DNA of 64,000 nucleotides from Candidatus Fermentimicrarchaeum limneticum (GTDB lineage: Archaea > Micrarchaeota > Micrarchaeia > Burarchaeales > Fermentimicrarchaeaceae), in the NCBI GenBank assembly GCA_013426015.1, contig CP058998.1, positions 445,470-509,469 of the forward strand. Direction: 5' to 3'. The notes under the pieces were generated by a model, which was given only the letters and a program-made list of their open reading frames with translations, made no database searches and was not told the DNA's origin. A program made the translations under genes and the position numbers. Position 1 is the first letter of the stretch; each line of letters opens with the position of its first letter. This document shows, piece by piece, positions 36,284-46,625 of this stretch.

Positions 36284-37036
36284 TTACTCCCTCTGCGAGA
36301 ACAGAAATGCACCGGTCAGTATACATACAACGCAGAATCCCGCAAGCACTGTGAAATCCAGCCAGAGCGGCATTCCAGGAGCGTTTGTGAGAGTGACCCT
36401 GAGCCCGTCAACTCCATATGTTAATGGGTCCAAAAATGTTATAAACTGCCATGCCCCGAGGTTCTCGAGCGGGAACAGAGCGCCTGATAGAAGGAAGAGG
36501 GGCATGATGAGAAAGTTGGTGATGAGCTGGAATCCGTGCATATCCTCCATTTTTGATGCTATCGCTATGCCCAACGCTACAAATGAGGCTGATATGAGGA
36601 ACATGAATAGCAGAGCAGCCGGAAGGCCATAAAGATTAAGATGCACACCAACCAGCAGTGAGACGCCCAAGAACAGGATTGCCTGAATTGTGGAAGTTGT
36701 CATTCCCCCCAGGGTTATGCCGAGCATTATCGAAGTTCTTGAGATTGGTGCGACCATTATCTCTTTTAGGAAGCCGAACTCCCTGTCCATAAGCACTCTT
36801 ATTCCGCTGAATATTGATGAGAAGAGAAGCACCATGCCTATTATGCCGGGCGTGAGGAGATCCATGTAATTGCCTCCACCGCTTTGGGCCTGATAGGCTG
36901 GTCCGAATCCGCTGCCCAGTATGAGCAGGAAGAAGAATGGCATTCCCAGCGTGCCGATAACCCTGCTCTTGGCTCTGAAGAAGCGTATGACCTCCCTTTT
37001 CCAGAGGATGTAGATTCCGCTTATTTGTTTGTTCAT
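36284..37036 (-). CDS. ABC-2 type permease
   Basis: DREFGFLKEIMVAPISR, LSGALFP, PLTYGVD.LR. Confidence 0.92.
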   Translation of the reverse strand: MNKQISGIYILWKREVIRFFRAKSRVIGTLGMPFFFLLILGSGFGPAYQAQSGGGNYMDLLTPGIIGMVLLFSSIFSGIRVLMDREFGFLKEIMVAPISRTSIMLGITLGGMTTSTIQAILFLGVSLLVGVHLNLYGLPAALLFMFLISASFVALGIAIASKMEDMHGFQLITNFLIMPLFLLSGALFPLENLGAWQFITFLDPLTYGVDGLRVTLTNAPGMPLWLDFTVLAGFCVVCILTGAFLFSQRE

Positions 37037-37041
37037 ACAAC

Positions 37042-38025
37042 CTACCTATTCCTACTCCTTATCCTTGTCCTGAACCTGTCAAGCACTCCAGCTTTCTCCT
37101 CTCTAATGCTCTTGCCCGTGAGCTGCAGGAAGACGTCTTCAAGCGTTGGATGGCGGAGTGAGATTGAATGAATTTCAAGTTTGTTCTTCTGCGCAATGTC
37201 GAATATGATGGGTATGACATGCTCAGCATCCTCGGCGGATATGTTCATCTCGCCGTTCATGTTTTTTATCTTCTTTATGTTTTTTATTTTTTTCAGGTGC
37301 GGCAGCAAGCCCGGGTCTGCCTCAAGCGAGATTATATCGCCACCGATGGAGTGCTTCAGTTTTTCAGGTGTGTCAAGCGCAATAATCTTCCCATGGTCTA
37401 TTACGGCTACCCTCTCGCAGAGAGAATCTGCCTCCTCCATGTAATGAGTTGTGAGAACTACTGTTACCTTCTCAGATTTGTTCATTTCTATTATATGGTC
37501 CCATATATTCCTTCTTGTCTGCGGATCCAAACCAAGAGTTGGTTCATCCAAGAAAAGCACCTTCGGGTGATGTATCAAACCTCTTGCAATCTCCAGCCTC
37601 CTCTTCATACCACCCGAGAATTTCTTAACCTGCATGTTAATTTTTTCGGATAAGTCAACAAGTTCGATAACCTCCTTTATCCTTTGCTTCCTCTCATCAG
37701 CAGGCATTCCGTAAATCATCCCGTGAAAGTCCAGATTCTCGTATGCAGTGAGCTCGTCGTCAAGGCTGGGGTCCTGGAACACTATTCCTATGGAGTTCCT
37801 AACCTCATCCTGCTGGGTGTCCACGTCAAACCCATTCACCTCTGCTGTTCCGGATGTTGGTTTTAGGATTGTGGATAGCATTGAGAGTGTCGTTGTCTTC
37901 CCAGCTCCATTCGGACCCAGAAGCCCGAACAGCTCTCCCTCTTTAATCTGCAAATTTACGGAGTCAACTGCTGTGAAGCCATTGAATTTTCTAGTCAGTT
38001 TGTTGGTTTCAATCACATTTGTCAT
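37042..38025 (-). CDS. DrrA-type ABC ATPase
   Basis: GPNGAGKTT, FSGGMKRRLEIARGL, DEPTLGLD; start at ATG 38025. Confidence 0.93.
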   Translation of the reverse strand: MTNVIETNKLTRKFNGFTAVDSVNLQIKEGELFGLLGPNGAGKTTTLSMLSTILKPTSGTAEVNGFDVDTQQDEVRNSIGIVFQDPSLDDELTAYENLDFHGMIYGMPADERKQRIKEVIELVDLSEKINMQVKKFSGGMKRRLEIARGLIHHPKVLFLDEPTLGLDPQTRRNIWDHIIEMNKSEKVTVVLTTHYMEEADSLCERVAVIDHGKIIALDTPEKLKHSIGGDIISLEADPGLLPHLKKIKNIKKIKNMNGEMNISAEDAEHVIPIIFDIAQKNKLEIHSISLRHPTLEDVFLQLTGKSIREEKAGVLDRFRTRIRSRNR

Positions 38026-38032
38026 CGAATCA

Positions 38033-38506
38033 CTATTCCACGAGTTTTTCAAAGAGACTGCATATCTTGAGAAATGCCTCCTTCCTTTTCTTCTCCGGAA
38101 GTTTGAGGAATTTCTCCCTGAGCCTGTTGAATTTCTCAAATTCTTCAATAAGCCCCTTTATTTCAATATCATCAAAGTTGTATATTATCTTTATTACGAG
38201 CGGTAGGAATACAGTGGACATGTCCCCCTTCTGCATCATTCTCTCCCTGCCTTCTGCGAGATGTTTCATCCCACGGGCAGTAATCAGATAGGTTATCTCC
38301 CTTCTCCCCTCACCCGCCGAGAGCTCAGATTTAACCAGCCCATCCATCTCCATTTTCCTCAGGAGCGGGTATATTGCTCCGGGACTCGGTTTCCACTTCG
38401 CCGATGTGAGTTCAGCTATTCTTTCGGTTATCATTTTGCCGGAAACTGGCTTCTCCGCCTCGCAGAGTACGAAAAGCTTCAGCAAGTCTTTTGCAAATAT
38501 TTTCAT
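38033..38506 (-). CDS. PadR-family transcriptional regulator
   Basis: WKPSPGAIYPLL.KME.DGLV, Y.IT.RG. Confidence 0.9.
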   Translation of the reverse strand: MKIFAKDLLKLFVLCEAEKPVSGKMITERIAELTSAKWKPSPGAIYPLLRKMEMDGLVKSELSAGEGRREITYLITARGMKHLAEGRERMMQKGDMSTVFLPLVIKIIYNFDDIEIKGLIEEFEKFNRLREKFLKLPEKKRKEAFLKICSLFEKLVE

Positions 38507-38575
38507 ATCTGATTTGATATATAACTGAAAAGATATATAAAGAGTGCAGTTTCTTTTAGGCTACGTGATTGCTTC

Positions 38576-38628
38576 GTGACATGCTCCCACCCCTAAAGGA
38601 TGTGGGGTTTCTCGCTCGCTTCTGCTAA
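38576..38628 (-). mobile_element. 53-bp IS200/IS605-type minimal element (single hairpin), copy 1
   Basis: Reverse: TTAGCAGAAGCGAGCGAGAAACCCCACATCCTTTAGGGGTGGGAGCATGTCAC; near-identical copy at 60089-60141. Confidence 0.75.
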
Positions 38629-38684
38629 CCTGCCAAAGGCTGTTTGATGATAATTTAATATATGGGGATTTCCAAAAATAAGTT

Positions 38685-39251
38685 ATGAAGAAGGGCAAAG
38701 AGGTATCTCTGAAGGACAGGCTAGGGCTTTTTCTAAGCAACTATAAGGAGCTTCATGAGGCTGCAGTCACGCATCAGCACGAGGGAGTGGGCAGGACGGC
38801 AGTAGACATCATTGCAGGAAGCAGGATGCTTTCGGAATGGGATAAGAGCCAGTACTTCGGTGACACTGCCATATTCTCCCCCCACCTGTCGGTTGCGGAG
38901 AACGCTTGGAGCAGGATAGAGGAGGGCAGCGCCCCGGAGCTGAGCAAGCTCGACAGGGCGAAGTTCATTGCGAGCTTCTCAAAGCACGAGCCAGTTGCAA
39001 TTGACGCGCTGGACTTCATAGAGAGGAGCGACATCCATGAGGAGGACAAGGTCAAGAATGCAATGTATATAGGAGCGCATACGGCTTACCTGTCAATTGC
39101 AAAGAGGACGCTTAACCTAATAATTAGAAGCAGGCTGAGGGGCGATGAGAAGTTGAGATACGTAAGAGAGCTCGCCCAGGCATCAAAGCACAGGGATATT
39201 AGAAGCAAAGCAACTAAGTGGCTTGACGATTTCAAGGTTGTGCGGGGCTGA
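38685..39251 (+). CDS. Hypothetical protein
   Basis: 188-aa ORF with host-like codon use and TATA box upstream. Confidence 0.7.
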   Translation: MKKGKEVSLKDRLGLFLSNYKELHEAAVTHQHEGVGRTAVDIIAGSRMLSEWDKSQYFGDTAIFSPHLSVAENAWSRIEEGSAPELSKLDRAKFIASFSKHEPVAIDALDFIERSDIHEEDKVKNAMYIGAHTAYLSIAKRTLNLIIRSRLRGDEKLRYVRELAQASKHRDIRSKATKWLDDFKVVRG

Positions 39252-39252
39252 T

Positions 39253-41898
39253 CTACTCCTTGAATGAGACTTTCCCCTTAGTTCTACCTCTGGCAAAAGT
39301 CTTGCTGCCTCCCCCCGCACCGCCGAATTTAGAATACAGTTCTGAAAGTAGTTTGTCCGCCTCCCTTTCCGAACCTTCAAGTGTCGCAGCAACCACGTCA
39401 TTGTTCTGGTTGGCAAGCACTGCTACTACCTCCTCCTCCGCAACGTGCAGAGCAATCTTCTCCAGGAGCTTAGCATCAACGTCCAGAACCTTCCTGACAA
39501 TTCCATTCTTCGCCTCTGCAACCAGTTTACTGGCCTCCAGCTCCGCTATCCTCTCCTCCAGTTCCTCTACCTTCTTCCCCCTCTCCTTCCACTCGGTGAA
39601 GAATCTGTCCTCCGTAGATGCAAGCTGCTCTGGCGAAACCTTCAGCTTCTCAGAAGCAGTCCTCAGCATATCATCCTCCTTCTGCACGTATTTCAAGGCT
39701 TCCTCGCCTGCAACAAACTCAATCCTGCTGACCCCGTCCTGGATTCTCTCCTCTTTTATTATCTTTATCATCCCTACCTTGCCAGTGCTGGGCAGATGCA
39801 AGCCAGCGCACGCCTCTGCATCAACCCCCCCCTCAACCTCGACTATCCGTATTACCCTCTCAGGACATGCGCCTCCCTGGTATATGCTGAACCCGTACTT
39901 CCTCTCTGCCTCTCCCCTCTCCATGTTCATTATATTTATCTTCCTGTCTTCGAGCACGATCCTGTTCGCGACAGACTCTATGCGCCGTATCTGCTCAAGC
40001 GAGAGCTTCTCGTAATGCGTTATGTCCAGATGCGCCCTCTCCTTCTCCTTCTTTGCCCCTGCCTGCCAGATGTGGCTTCCAAGGACGTTCCTGCATGCGT
40101 AATTCAGTATGTGCGTAGCACTGTGGTGCCTCATGAGGGCTTTCCTCGTCTCGCCATCAACATGGAGGTAGACCCTCTGCCCTTCGTTGAACTCCGGCTT
40201 CTCGAGAACGTGGAACACGACTCCCGCAACCTTCTGCACATCCAAAACTTTCACTCCGTTGATTGTTCCCAGGTCTGCAGCCTGCCCTCCACCCTCAGGG
40301 TAGAAGATTGTTGCATCCAGGACAACGGCGCCGTTCCTCACCGCGACTACCGTTGAGTCCAGTTCCAGCTTTTCTGCATCCTCGTAGTAAACCGCCCTTG
40401 TCTCCGGCAAGCCGGTTGCATCAAAACGGGACTTTTCCTCCTTCTCAGCAATGTGGTTCCTGGTGAGCGCATCGTAGAAATCCGCCGGAATCTTCACTTC
40501 AACCTTCTCCTCCCTCGCAACCTTGTGGATAAGTTCTGGAGTTATCCCCTGCGATTCATATAGCTTCGCCAACTGGTCTGATGAGAAGCTGCTGCCCTTC
40601 TCAAGTATGTCAGCAACAATCCTCCTTGACTTCTTTATTGTCAAGCCGTACCTGCCCTCCTCAGCATCTATGATTTTCTGCATGTGCGGGAGGTTCTCAA
40701 GCAGCTCAGGGAAGAGCGGCTTCAGCTCTCTGCAGTTCAGCTCGATTATGTCATTTATCCTGAACGGGAAGTTGAACTCCTCTATGAAGCTCAGCGCCCT
40801 CCTCAGCACAACCCTGAGGTTGTACCCCCCTCCTGTGTTGCTCGGAAGCGCACCATCCGTTATCGCATAGGCCAGTGTTCGTGCATGATCGCAGATCGCG
40901 TATATCGCCTCAAGCGGCGCTATCTTGGATTCCAGCTGCTCGGCAGTTACTCCAAGTGACTTTGCAATGTCCATCCTCACCTTGTCGATATCAGTTGCAA
41001 CATCCATGTCCAGCGAACCGCTCATCTTGGAGTACTTCAGGAACAGCTCCGGGTCATGTTCAATGCCAGCCTCCCTCTTCATCTTTTCCACAATCGGACC
41101 GAAGACGGCATCGTAGCTGGTGGGAGTGCCCTGCGTTATCCATGTGAATCTCTCAAGCCCCGCACCCATGTCGATTACTTTCTCATCCATCTCCCTGTAG
41201 CTGTTAATGTCACCTAGGAACTGGGTGAAGACTGCGTTGCCCAGTTCCAGCCCTCTCACATAGTATTCAAGCGAAAAGCCGAATGCGCCGTAGCCTATCC
41301 ATGCATCCTCTACGAAGACTATCTCCTCCTTTGGAATCCCGAAAACGCTGTTCAAAAGCTCGAAGTCAAGCTCGATGCACCGGTCCTTCCAGTAGCCCTT
41401 CTCGTTGGCAAGCGCGTGCTGTCCAATCATGACAAAGGAGCTGTAGTGCCTGCCTGTTATCCCTATGTTGGGTATGTCCGAGAACCTCAGGCAGACCTGC
41501 GGGACGATGAGGGGGTTGGCCGGCAGCTCGAAGGCAACCATCCCTTTATCTATCCTCTGGAAGTCTATTATTGATGCCACTGTGAAGAACAGGTCGGGCC
41601 TCCAGCGGGACACGACAGGGTATCTCCTAACCGAAGTGTGTCCTTTTGAAACGAAAAACTTGTCAATCTCCTTCCATGTGTCGGCATAGCTGAACCTCTT
41701 CTTTGTAGGAGGGTCGCCTATGAACCCATAGCTCTGGCACGTGACTTCGGGGCAAGTCATGCTGTCAGTGAGAGTCCAGAAGAATTTGCCGCATTTCTGG
41801 CACTTCTTCCTAGAGTAGCCCTCCTTCTTGAAAAGCTCCACTTTCCAGTACTTTTCATGGTCTTTCTGGAACTTCTGTATGAGTTCTTTCTTTCCCAT
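39253..41898 (-). CDS. alaS: Alanine--tRNA ligase (archaeal type)
   Basis: N-term CQKCG.FFWT, RYPVV.RWR.DL, ASI.DFQ, ELGNAVF, DMGAGLER, HSATH, CAGLH, GGG. Confidence 0.97.
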   Translation of the reverse strand: MGKKELIQKFQKDHEKYWKVELFKKEGYSRKKCQKCGKFFWTLTDSMTCPEVTCQSYGFIGDPPTKKRFSYADTWKEIDKFFVSKGHTSVRRYPVVSRWRPDLFFTVASIIDFQRIDKGMVAFELPANPLIVPQVCLRFSDIPNIGITGRHYSSFVMIGQHALANEKGYWKDRCIELDFELLNSVFGIPKEEIVFVEDAWIGYGAFGFSLEYYVRGLELGNAVFTQFLGDINSYREMDEKVIDMGAGLERFTWITQGTPTSYDAVFGPIVEKMKREAGIEHDPELFLKYSKMSGSLDMDVATDIDKVRMDIAKSLGVTAEQLESKIAPLEAIYAICDHARTLAYAITDGALPSNTGGGYNLRVVLRRALSFIEEFNFPFRINDIIELNCRELKPLFPELLENLPHMQKIIDAEEGRYGLTIKKSRRIVADILEKGSSFSSDQLAKLYESQGITPELIHKVAREEKVEVKIPADFYDALTRNHIAEKEEKSRFDATGLPETRAVYYEDAEKLELDSTVVAVRNGAVVLDATIFYPEGGGQAADLGTINGVKVLDVQKVAGVVFHVLEKPEFNEGQRVYLHVDGETRKALMRHHSATHILNYACRNVLGSHIWQAGAKKEKERAHLDITHYEKLSLEQIRRIESVANRIVLEDRKINIMNMERGEAERKYGFSIYQGGACPERVIRIVEVEGGVDAEACAGLHLPSTGKVGMIKIIKEERIQDGVSRIEFVAGEEALKYVQKEDDMLRTASEKLKVSPEQLASTEDRFFTEWKERGKKVEELEERIAELEASKLVAEAKNGIVRKVLDVDAKLLEKIALHVAEEEVVAVLANQNNDVVAATLEGSEREADKLLSELYSKFGGAGGGSKTFARGRTKGKVSFKE

Positions 41899-41945
41899 GA
41901 CAACCAGAAGGATTTGTGAAACGGTATATTAAAGCTTTTTTGGTC

Positions 41946-42584
41946 TCATCTCTTCTTCTCCTTCTGGTATTCAACGTAGGAGTAGGTGATGATGTAGACC
42001 ATGACAACAATGACCGGGATGAGTATGAAGAATGCAGCGTAGGACGGGAGGAATATGCCGAGCAGTGAGATTACGGCTGTCGCCTTCAGCAGCACTCCTC
42101 CGCGTTTATGCGTCTTGCTCCAAACTCTATCACTGCTTAGCGTCCACGGGGTCTGTATGCCGATGAACCAGTTTCTTTTTGCATTCTCAGTCAGAACACC
42201 TGCGCAATAGAGGAGTATTCCGAAAGCAGGGGCGAGAAGCTGCACCATGTTGAATTCCAACCCGAAGTTCCAGATGAGGGTCAGGAGGTATATGTAAAGC
42301 AGGAACAGAGAAAAGACGACTATGAACATATCGTAGTAGTCCCTGAACTTCTCAATGTTTGATTTGAGCGGGTCTATGACGGGTATGATGATGAAAAACA
42401 CTGAAAGCAGCGCTAGGAGGATCGGCATGAGGAAGGTCCCCCAGAATTTGGGCATGTAGCCGTCGACCTCGCCCGCCATGTTCCAGTGGGACGCGACCTT
42501 TTCGGGCATGCGTGGGTAGAGGTAAGCACCGATGATGAAGGAGACCAGGATTATTGCGACTACGGCCGCTTCGCTTTTTCTCAT
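41946..42584 (-). CDS. DUF1648/SdpI family membrane protein
   Basis: P..VASHWN..GEVDGY, KRNWFIGI.TPWTLS.DRVW.KTH. Confidence 0.9.
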   Translation of the reverse strand: MRKSEAAVVAIILVSFIIGAYLYPRMPEKVASHWNMAGEVDGYMPKFWGTFLMPILLALLSVFFIIIPVIDPLKSNIEKFRDYYDMFIVVFSLFLLYIYLLTLIWNFGLEFNMVQLLAPAFGILLYCAGVLTENAKRNWFIGIQTPWTLSSDRVWSKTHKRGGVLLKATAVISLLGIFLPSYAAFFILIPVIVVMVYIITYSYVEYQKEKKR

Positions 42585-42627
42585 GTATACACCATTCCCT
42601 TGCGATGTTTAAAAATATTCTGGTTCG

Positions 42628-43107
42628 TCAGAGTATTTTCTCCATTGGGGCGACGACGAACCCCCCACCAACCCTCTGCTCAACATCCCCGGCGTAGTGA
42701 TAGCCCCTGTTTCTCAGAAAATCGCGGGCGTTTGGGGTGAGGGGCAGTATGCTCGAGCTCTTAACTCCAAGTTCTTTGAGTCTCTTTTCGCTCTCCTCCA
42801 GCAACGCCCCTCCAATACCCTGTTTTCTGTACCTGAAAGACACTGCTATCAGAAGCTCCGCATTCTCGTGATCTTCTAGGAGAGCAACAGCACCTCCGAT
42901 TACCTTTTTTGTCTCCTTATCAACTGCTATGAGTTCAACGCAGGGTTTTCTGCAAGGTTCTTTCTCAACGGTTTTCATGCCTGCTTCTGTGTAGACTCTT
43001 GAGAGTTGATTCCTCTCCTTCTCGCTCTCAAGTGCCTTTATAACGAATTTTGCTTCTGCAAGCTCATCCTTCCTAACACTTTTCAGAGCCATAGTCAGTT
43101 TGCTCAT
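42628..43107 (-). CDS. GNAT family acetyltransferase
   Basis: AV...YRKQGIG.ALL, A..F....GY. Confidence 0.75.
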   Translation of the reverse strand: MSKLTMALKSVRKDELAEAKFVIKALESEKERNQLSRVYTEAGMKTVEKEPCRKPCVELIAVDKETKKVIGGAVALLEDHENAELLIAVSFRYRKQGIGGALLEESEKRLKELGVKSSSILPLTPNARDFLRNRGYHYAGDVEQRVGGGFVVAPMEKIL

Positions 43108-43174
43108 TCAGAGTATATATGGGACAGGGTTGCGATTAGTAGGATTTATAAGTATTTTTCTGCTAAAGTAATGG

Positions 43175-43246
43175 GGGCCCGTAGTCGAGTGGTAAGACGT
43201 CAGTCTCACACACTGAAGATCCCCGGTTCGATCCCGGGCGGGCCCA
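43175..43246 (+). tRNA. tRNA-Val(CAC)
   Basis: GGGCCCG/CGGGCCC-A acceptor, TCAGT-CT-CAC-AC-ACTGA, GGTTCGATCCC. Confidence 0.95.
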
Positions 43247-43292
43247 CTCGGATAAGCATTTTAAAGCTTTGATTGGATAATAGACAACCTGA

Positions 43293-43367
43293 GCTCCGAT
43301 CATCTAGTCCGGTTAAGGATTCAGGCTTCTCGAGCCTGCAACCCGGGTTCGAATCCCGGTCGGAGCA
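43293..43367 (+). tRNA. tRNA-Glu(CTC)
   Basis: GCTCCGA/TCGGAGC-A acceptor, CAGGC-TT-CTC-GA-GCCTG, GGTTCGAATCC. Confidence 0.95.
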
Positions 43368-43556
43368 CTGAGCCATAGGCTCAGGTTGCCACCTGTCCAA
43401 GCGATTTTTCCTTGTTCCCGAGGGTGGTTCTGAGTGGCAAGGTTTAAATAGACTGCTACGACTCTTCGTCCGCTAGGGGAGCAACACTTGACCTGACCTC
43501 AGATCAGACGGCTGCCCGTTGACCCTTTCCATGTGCCACAGTGTAGCTATTGGCGT

Positions 43557-45497
43557 TTATAAGCTCTGCTGCACTCTATCCCCAAGGAGTTTTGTTGAAG
43601 CCACAATGCCAAGCACCGCCCAAAACAATAATCCGAAAGTGTTGAGCCCCGCCCTAATTACTTCGGTTTGGCTGTACAAAAGGAGGCTTTCAAGCAGCTT
43701 TATTCCTTGCGTTAATGGAAGCAGCGTGCTGAACGCCTGTATTTCGGAGACCATTAGCTCTCGCGGGAAGAAGATTCCTGAGAGGAACAGCAACGGCAAG
43801 CAGATTACGAGTGAGGAGAGCATTGCGGTGTTCTCGCTTTCCGCAAAGATTGCAATAATCATTCCGATGGACGCGAAGGATAGCGACATTAAGCCAGCGA
43901 CAAGAATTGATTGCGGCAGGTTATACCAGTTGATTGCCAAGCCAAAAGCTAGGGAACCCACAAGATAGACCAGTATCACCTGGAAGATTGCGACAAGCAT
44001 GGTCAAAGCCACCTTTGAAAGCACGAGCTCGATTGGATTCACTGGGGACATCATTGTCCTCTTCAAAGTGCCGCTGGACCTCTCTTTAAGCAGGATGATG
44101 GCTGAAAAAAGTACTGTGACGAACATCAAAATGACTCCCACTAGGGCGGGAAATATGCTTTCAATCCTGCGAATGCCAGAAAGGCGCTTTACCTCCTCAA
44201 AAAGGATTGGCGTCACGATGCTATCCGGCCCCCTGGACGTGAGCGTGTCAAGCACATCCTTGGCTGAGAGGGTGCTCGTTTTCAAGCCAGAAATCCCTTC
44301 CGAAAGGGATGCGACAATGCCGCCCATTGAATCCATATCTTCCGTGCTCGCCTGCTTGAGTTCCTCCAGTTGCAATACCGCGTTCTCCATAGAAGCAATT
44401 GACGCCTCTAATTCGTTAAGCTCGTAGACTGAATCAAGGTGGGTGCTCGTGTTGACCACCCCTTCCCGGATTATTGCGAGCCTGATTCTCGTTGCATTGC
44501 TTTCATTTGCAAGCTGGTCGACAAACACCGCCTGTTCAGCCATACTGTTTGACAGCTCGCCAAGCGATTCATTCACGGTGATTAAGTCCTTGCAGAGGAG
44601 CACCCAGCGCTGGACTGGGGCTTCGGTCACGTTCTCAAAAGCCGCTGCATCCGGGCAGAACGCATCATTATACATTTGGGTCAAGTCGCTGGAAGTGCGG
44701 GAAATGTTTGAGCGCACCGAGAGAATGCCCGTGGAAATGTTCGTTGCGGTATCGTAGATGGCGCTCATCCTGGCATCAAGATAATCAATGTCTGAGACGG
44801 AATTGTTCATTTCGCTCTTCAGCGAGTCAATGCCCTCTTGAAGCGATGAAAGGCTGCCTTTCGAAGAGTTGATCGAAGCCCTAAAGGAGGCAGTATCTAT
44901 CGCTGCGATGCGGTCCCGGGTCTCTTTAAGGCTGTCCTGGATTTGAGCGGTTTCAGCGCTTGCATTGTCCAGGCTATTTGAAAGGTTCTCTAGCCCCGCA
45001 CTCATATTTTCGAGAGTGGACCAGGTTGCGCCAATGAAACGCGCGCTGACCTCCTTTGAAGCGCCGTAGGCTATGCCGCGCGCAACAGACCCGACAAGGC
45101 CAGCAACTTCCGGCCTTGCGTTGTCAGTCATCACGGTTAGCTTTCCCTGCGAGCCATTTGCAATGTTATTTGAGAAGCCATCATAGATGACAATGACTGC
45201 AAGGACATTCCCATTGCCAAGCTCCCCATCAGCTTGTGCAAGGCAGCCTTGGTCGCTTGAAACATTTGCGTTGAAGACTTTTGACATCTCTTGCGCGACC
45301 ACTGTCGCCTCTGGGCCGGAATCCATCTGGCAGATGGCCACCGGAATGCGCTTCATAGAAGTCTCCTGGGAGCTATCCGTGAAAACTAATCCTGCAAGGA
45401 TTGTTATCACAACCGGGGCAAGGAGTATGAGTGAAAGCGTTTTCCTGTCGCGGGAGATTTCAATCAGGTCTTTAAAGAGGAGCCAAAGGAGCCTCAT
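43557..45497 (-). CDS. ABC-2 permease with long extracellular coiled-coil (YhgE/Pip-like)
   Basis: N-term TM, long heptad S/N/L-rich region, C-term ERSSGTL.R...SP, FLSGIFFP.E. Confidence 0.85.
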   Translation of the reverse strand: MRLLWLLFKDLIEISRDRKTLSLILLAPVVITILAGLVFTDSSQETSMKRIPVAICQMDSGPEATVVAQEMSKVFNANVSSDQGCLAQADGELGNGNVLAVIVIYDGFSNNIANGSQGKLTVMTDNARPEVAGLVGSVARGIAYGASKEVSARFIGATWSTLENMSAGLENLSNSLDNASAETAQIQDSLKETRDRIAAIDTASFRASINSSKGSLSSLQEGIDSLKSEMNNSVSDIDYLDARMSAIYDTATNISTGILSVRSNISRTSSDLTQMYNDAFCPDAAAFENVTEAPVQRWVLLCKDLITVNESLGELSNSMAEQAVFVDQLANESNATRIRLAIIREGVVNTSTHLDSVYELNELEASIASMENAVLQLEELKQASTEDMDSMGGIVASLSEGISGLKTSTLSAKDVLDTLTSRGPDSIVTPILFEEVKRLSGIRRIESIFPALVGVILMFVTVLFSAIILLKERSSGTLKRTMMSPVNPIELVLSKVALTMLVAIFQVILVYLVGSLAFGLAINWYNLPQSILVAGLMSLSFASIGMIIAIFAESENTAMLSSLVICLPLLFLSGIFFPRELMVSEIQAFSTLLPLTQGIKLLESLLLYSQTEVIRAGLNTFGLLFWAVLGIVASTKLLGDRVQQSL

Positions 45498-46384
45498 CGC
45501 TTCACCTCTGCCATTTTCATAAAGAGGTCTTCAAGGGTGGGATTGTTCACGTTTATCCGCGCAATTTTTTCACCAAAAACCTTTGATGCGAGCGGAATGA
45601 CTCGCTCGGGCTCGTTGCATTCAATCGTGATTGTCGTGCCGGACTGCAGCACCTTGTCCTCCGGATGAATGGAGAGGCGTTTCAATTCCGCGCTTGTTGG
45701 CACCTTGTTGAGCTCAACCGTAACCACTGAATGCAACGTCTTGCGCTTCAAGCGTAACGGGGTATCCACGTCAACCAGCCTGCCGCTGTCGAGAATTGCT
45801 ATGCGGTCGCACAAGTACTCCGCCTCATCCATATAATGGGTGGTCAAAAGAATCGTGATTCCCTCCTTTTGCACATCTTTGATTGTCTTCCACAGCGCCC
45901 GCCTCGCAATTGGGTCTAGGCCAGAGGTAGGCTCGTCGAGAATCAAGAGCTTCGGGTTGTAAACCATCGAGCAAGCCAAGTTCAGCCTGCGCCTCATCCC
46001 ACCAGAGAGATCCCTAGCCCTCGCCTCCGCCTTCCCGTCAAGGCCAAGAACTGAAAGTAAGTGCGCTGCAACGATGACCGGATTCTTGATGCCATAAAGG
46101 CGGGCGAAGTGAACAACATTCTCAAGGCAAGTGAGGTCCGCGTACACCGCGTTCTCCTGGGGCGCCAACCCGATTAGCGACCGATCCTTCTTCCCGAACA
46201 CGGACACGACGCCCGAAGTGGGCTTTGAAATAAGGCTGATTATGTTTATGAGCGTGCTCTTTCCCGCGCCGTTATGACCCAAGAGGCCGAAAATCTCACC
46301 CTCCCCAATCGAAAAGGATACGCCATCAAGCGCAGTGAAACTACCGAACCGCTTAACCACATTTTCAACGATTACAGCGTCCAC
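45494..46384 (-). CDS. ABC ATPase
   Basis: GHNGAGKST, LSGGMRRRL, DEPTSGLD. Confidence 0.93.
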   Translation of the reverse strand: MDAVIVENVVKRFGSFTALDGVSFSIGEGEIFGLLGHNGAGKSTLINIISLISKPTSGVVSVFGKKDRSLIGLAPQENAVYADLTCLENVVHFARLYGIKNPVIVAAHLLSVLGLDGKAEARARDLSGGMRRRLNLACSMVYNPKLLILDEPTSGLDPIARRALWKTIKDVQKEGITILLTTHYMDEAEYLCDRIAILDSGRLVDVDTPLRLKRKTLHSVVTVELNKVPTSAELKRLSIHPEDKVLQSGTTITIECNEPERVIPLASKVFGEKIARINVNNPTLEDLFMKMAEVKR

Positions 46385-46625
46385 GATGGTATTACACGCA
46401 CATAGAATAAATAGGTTAAGTAAAAGGGCATTCCACGCCGCAGAAGTATTTCTAAGGCTAGGAGTTTAGGAAGAAAAAGTGCAGGGGGAGCAAGCCCTGC
46501 CCTGGACTCCGTGCAGACCTTTTTCGGACTGCTCTGAGCCTAATCCTCTGGTTGCGGTCGGAGCACTTCCGGAGATTTGAACTGGAAATTAATTATTTAA
46601 AGAATGCTCGCAATATTGAACCTAG

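Larger units (their letters stand above)
43357..46567. mobile_element. Integrase-less island at tRNA-Glu bounded by 13-bp direct repeat
   Basis: CGGTCGGAGCACT at 43357-43369 and 46555-46567. Confidence 0.65.

Noticed and set aside
41923-41945. Junction-motif-like sequence before alaS
   Set aside because: Best read as an ordinary BRE-TATA promoter; noted as the main counter-argument to the cassette-site hypothesis
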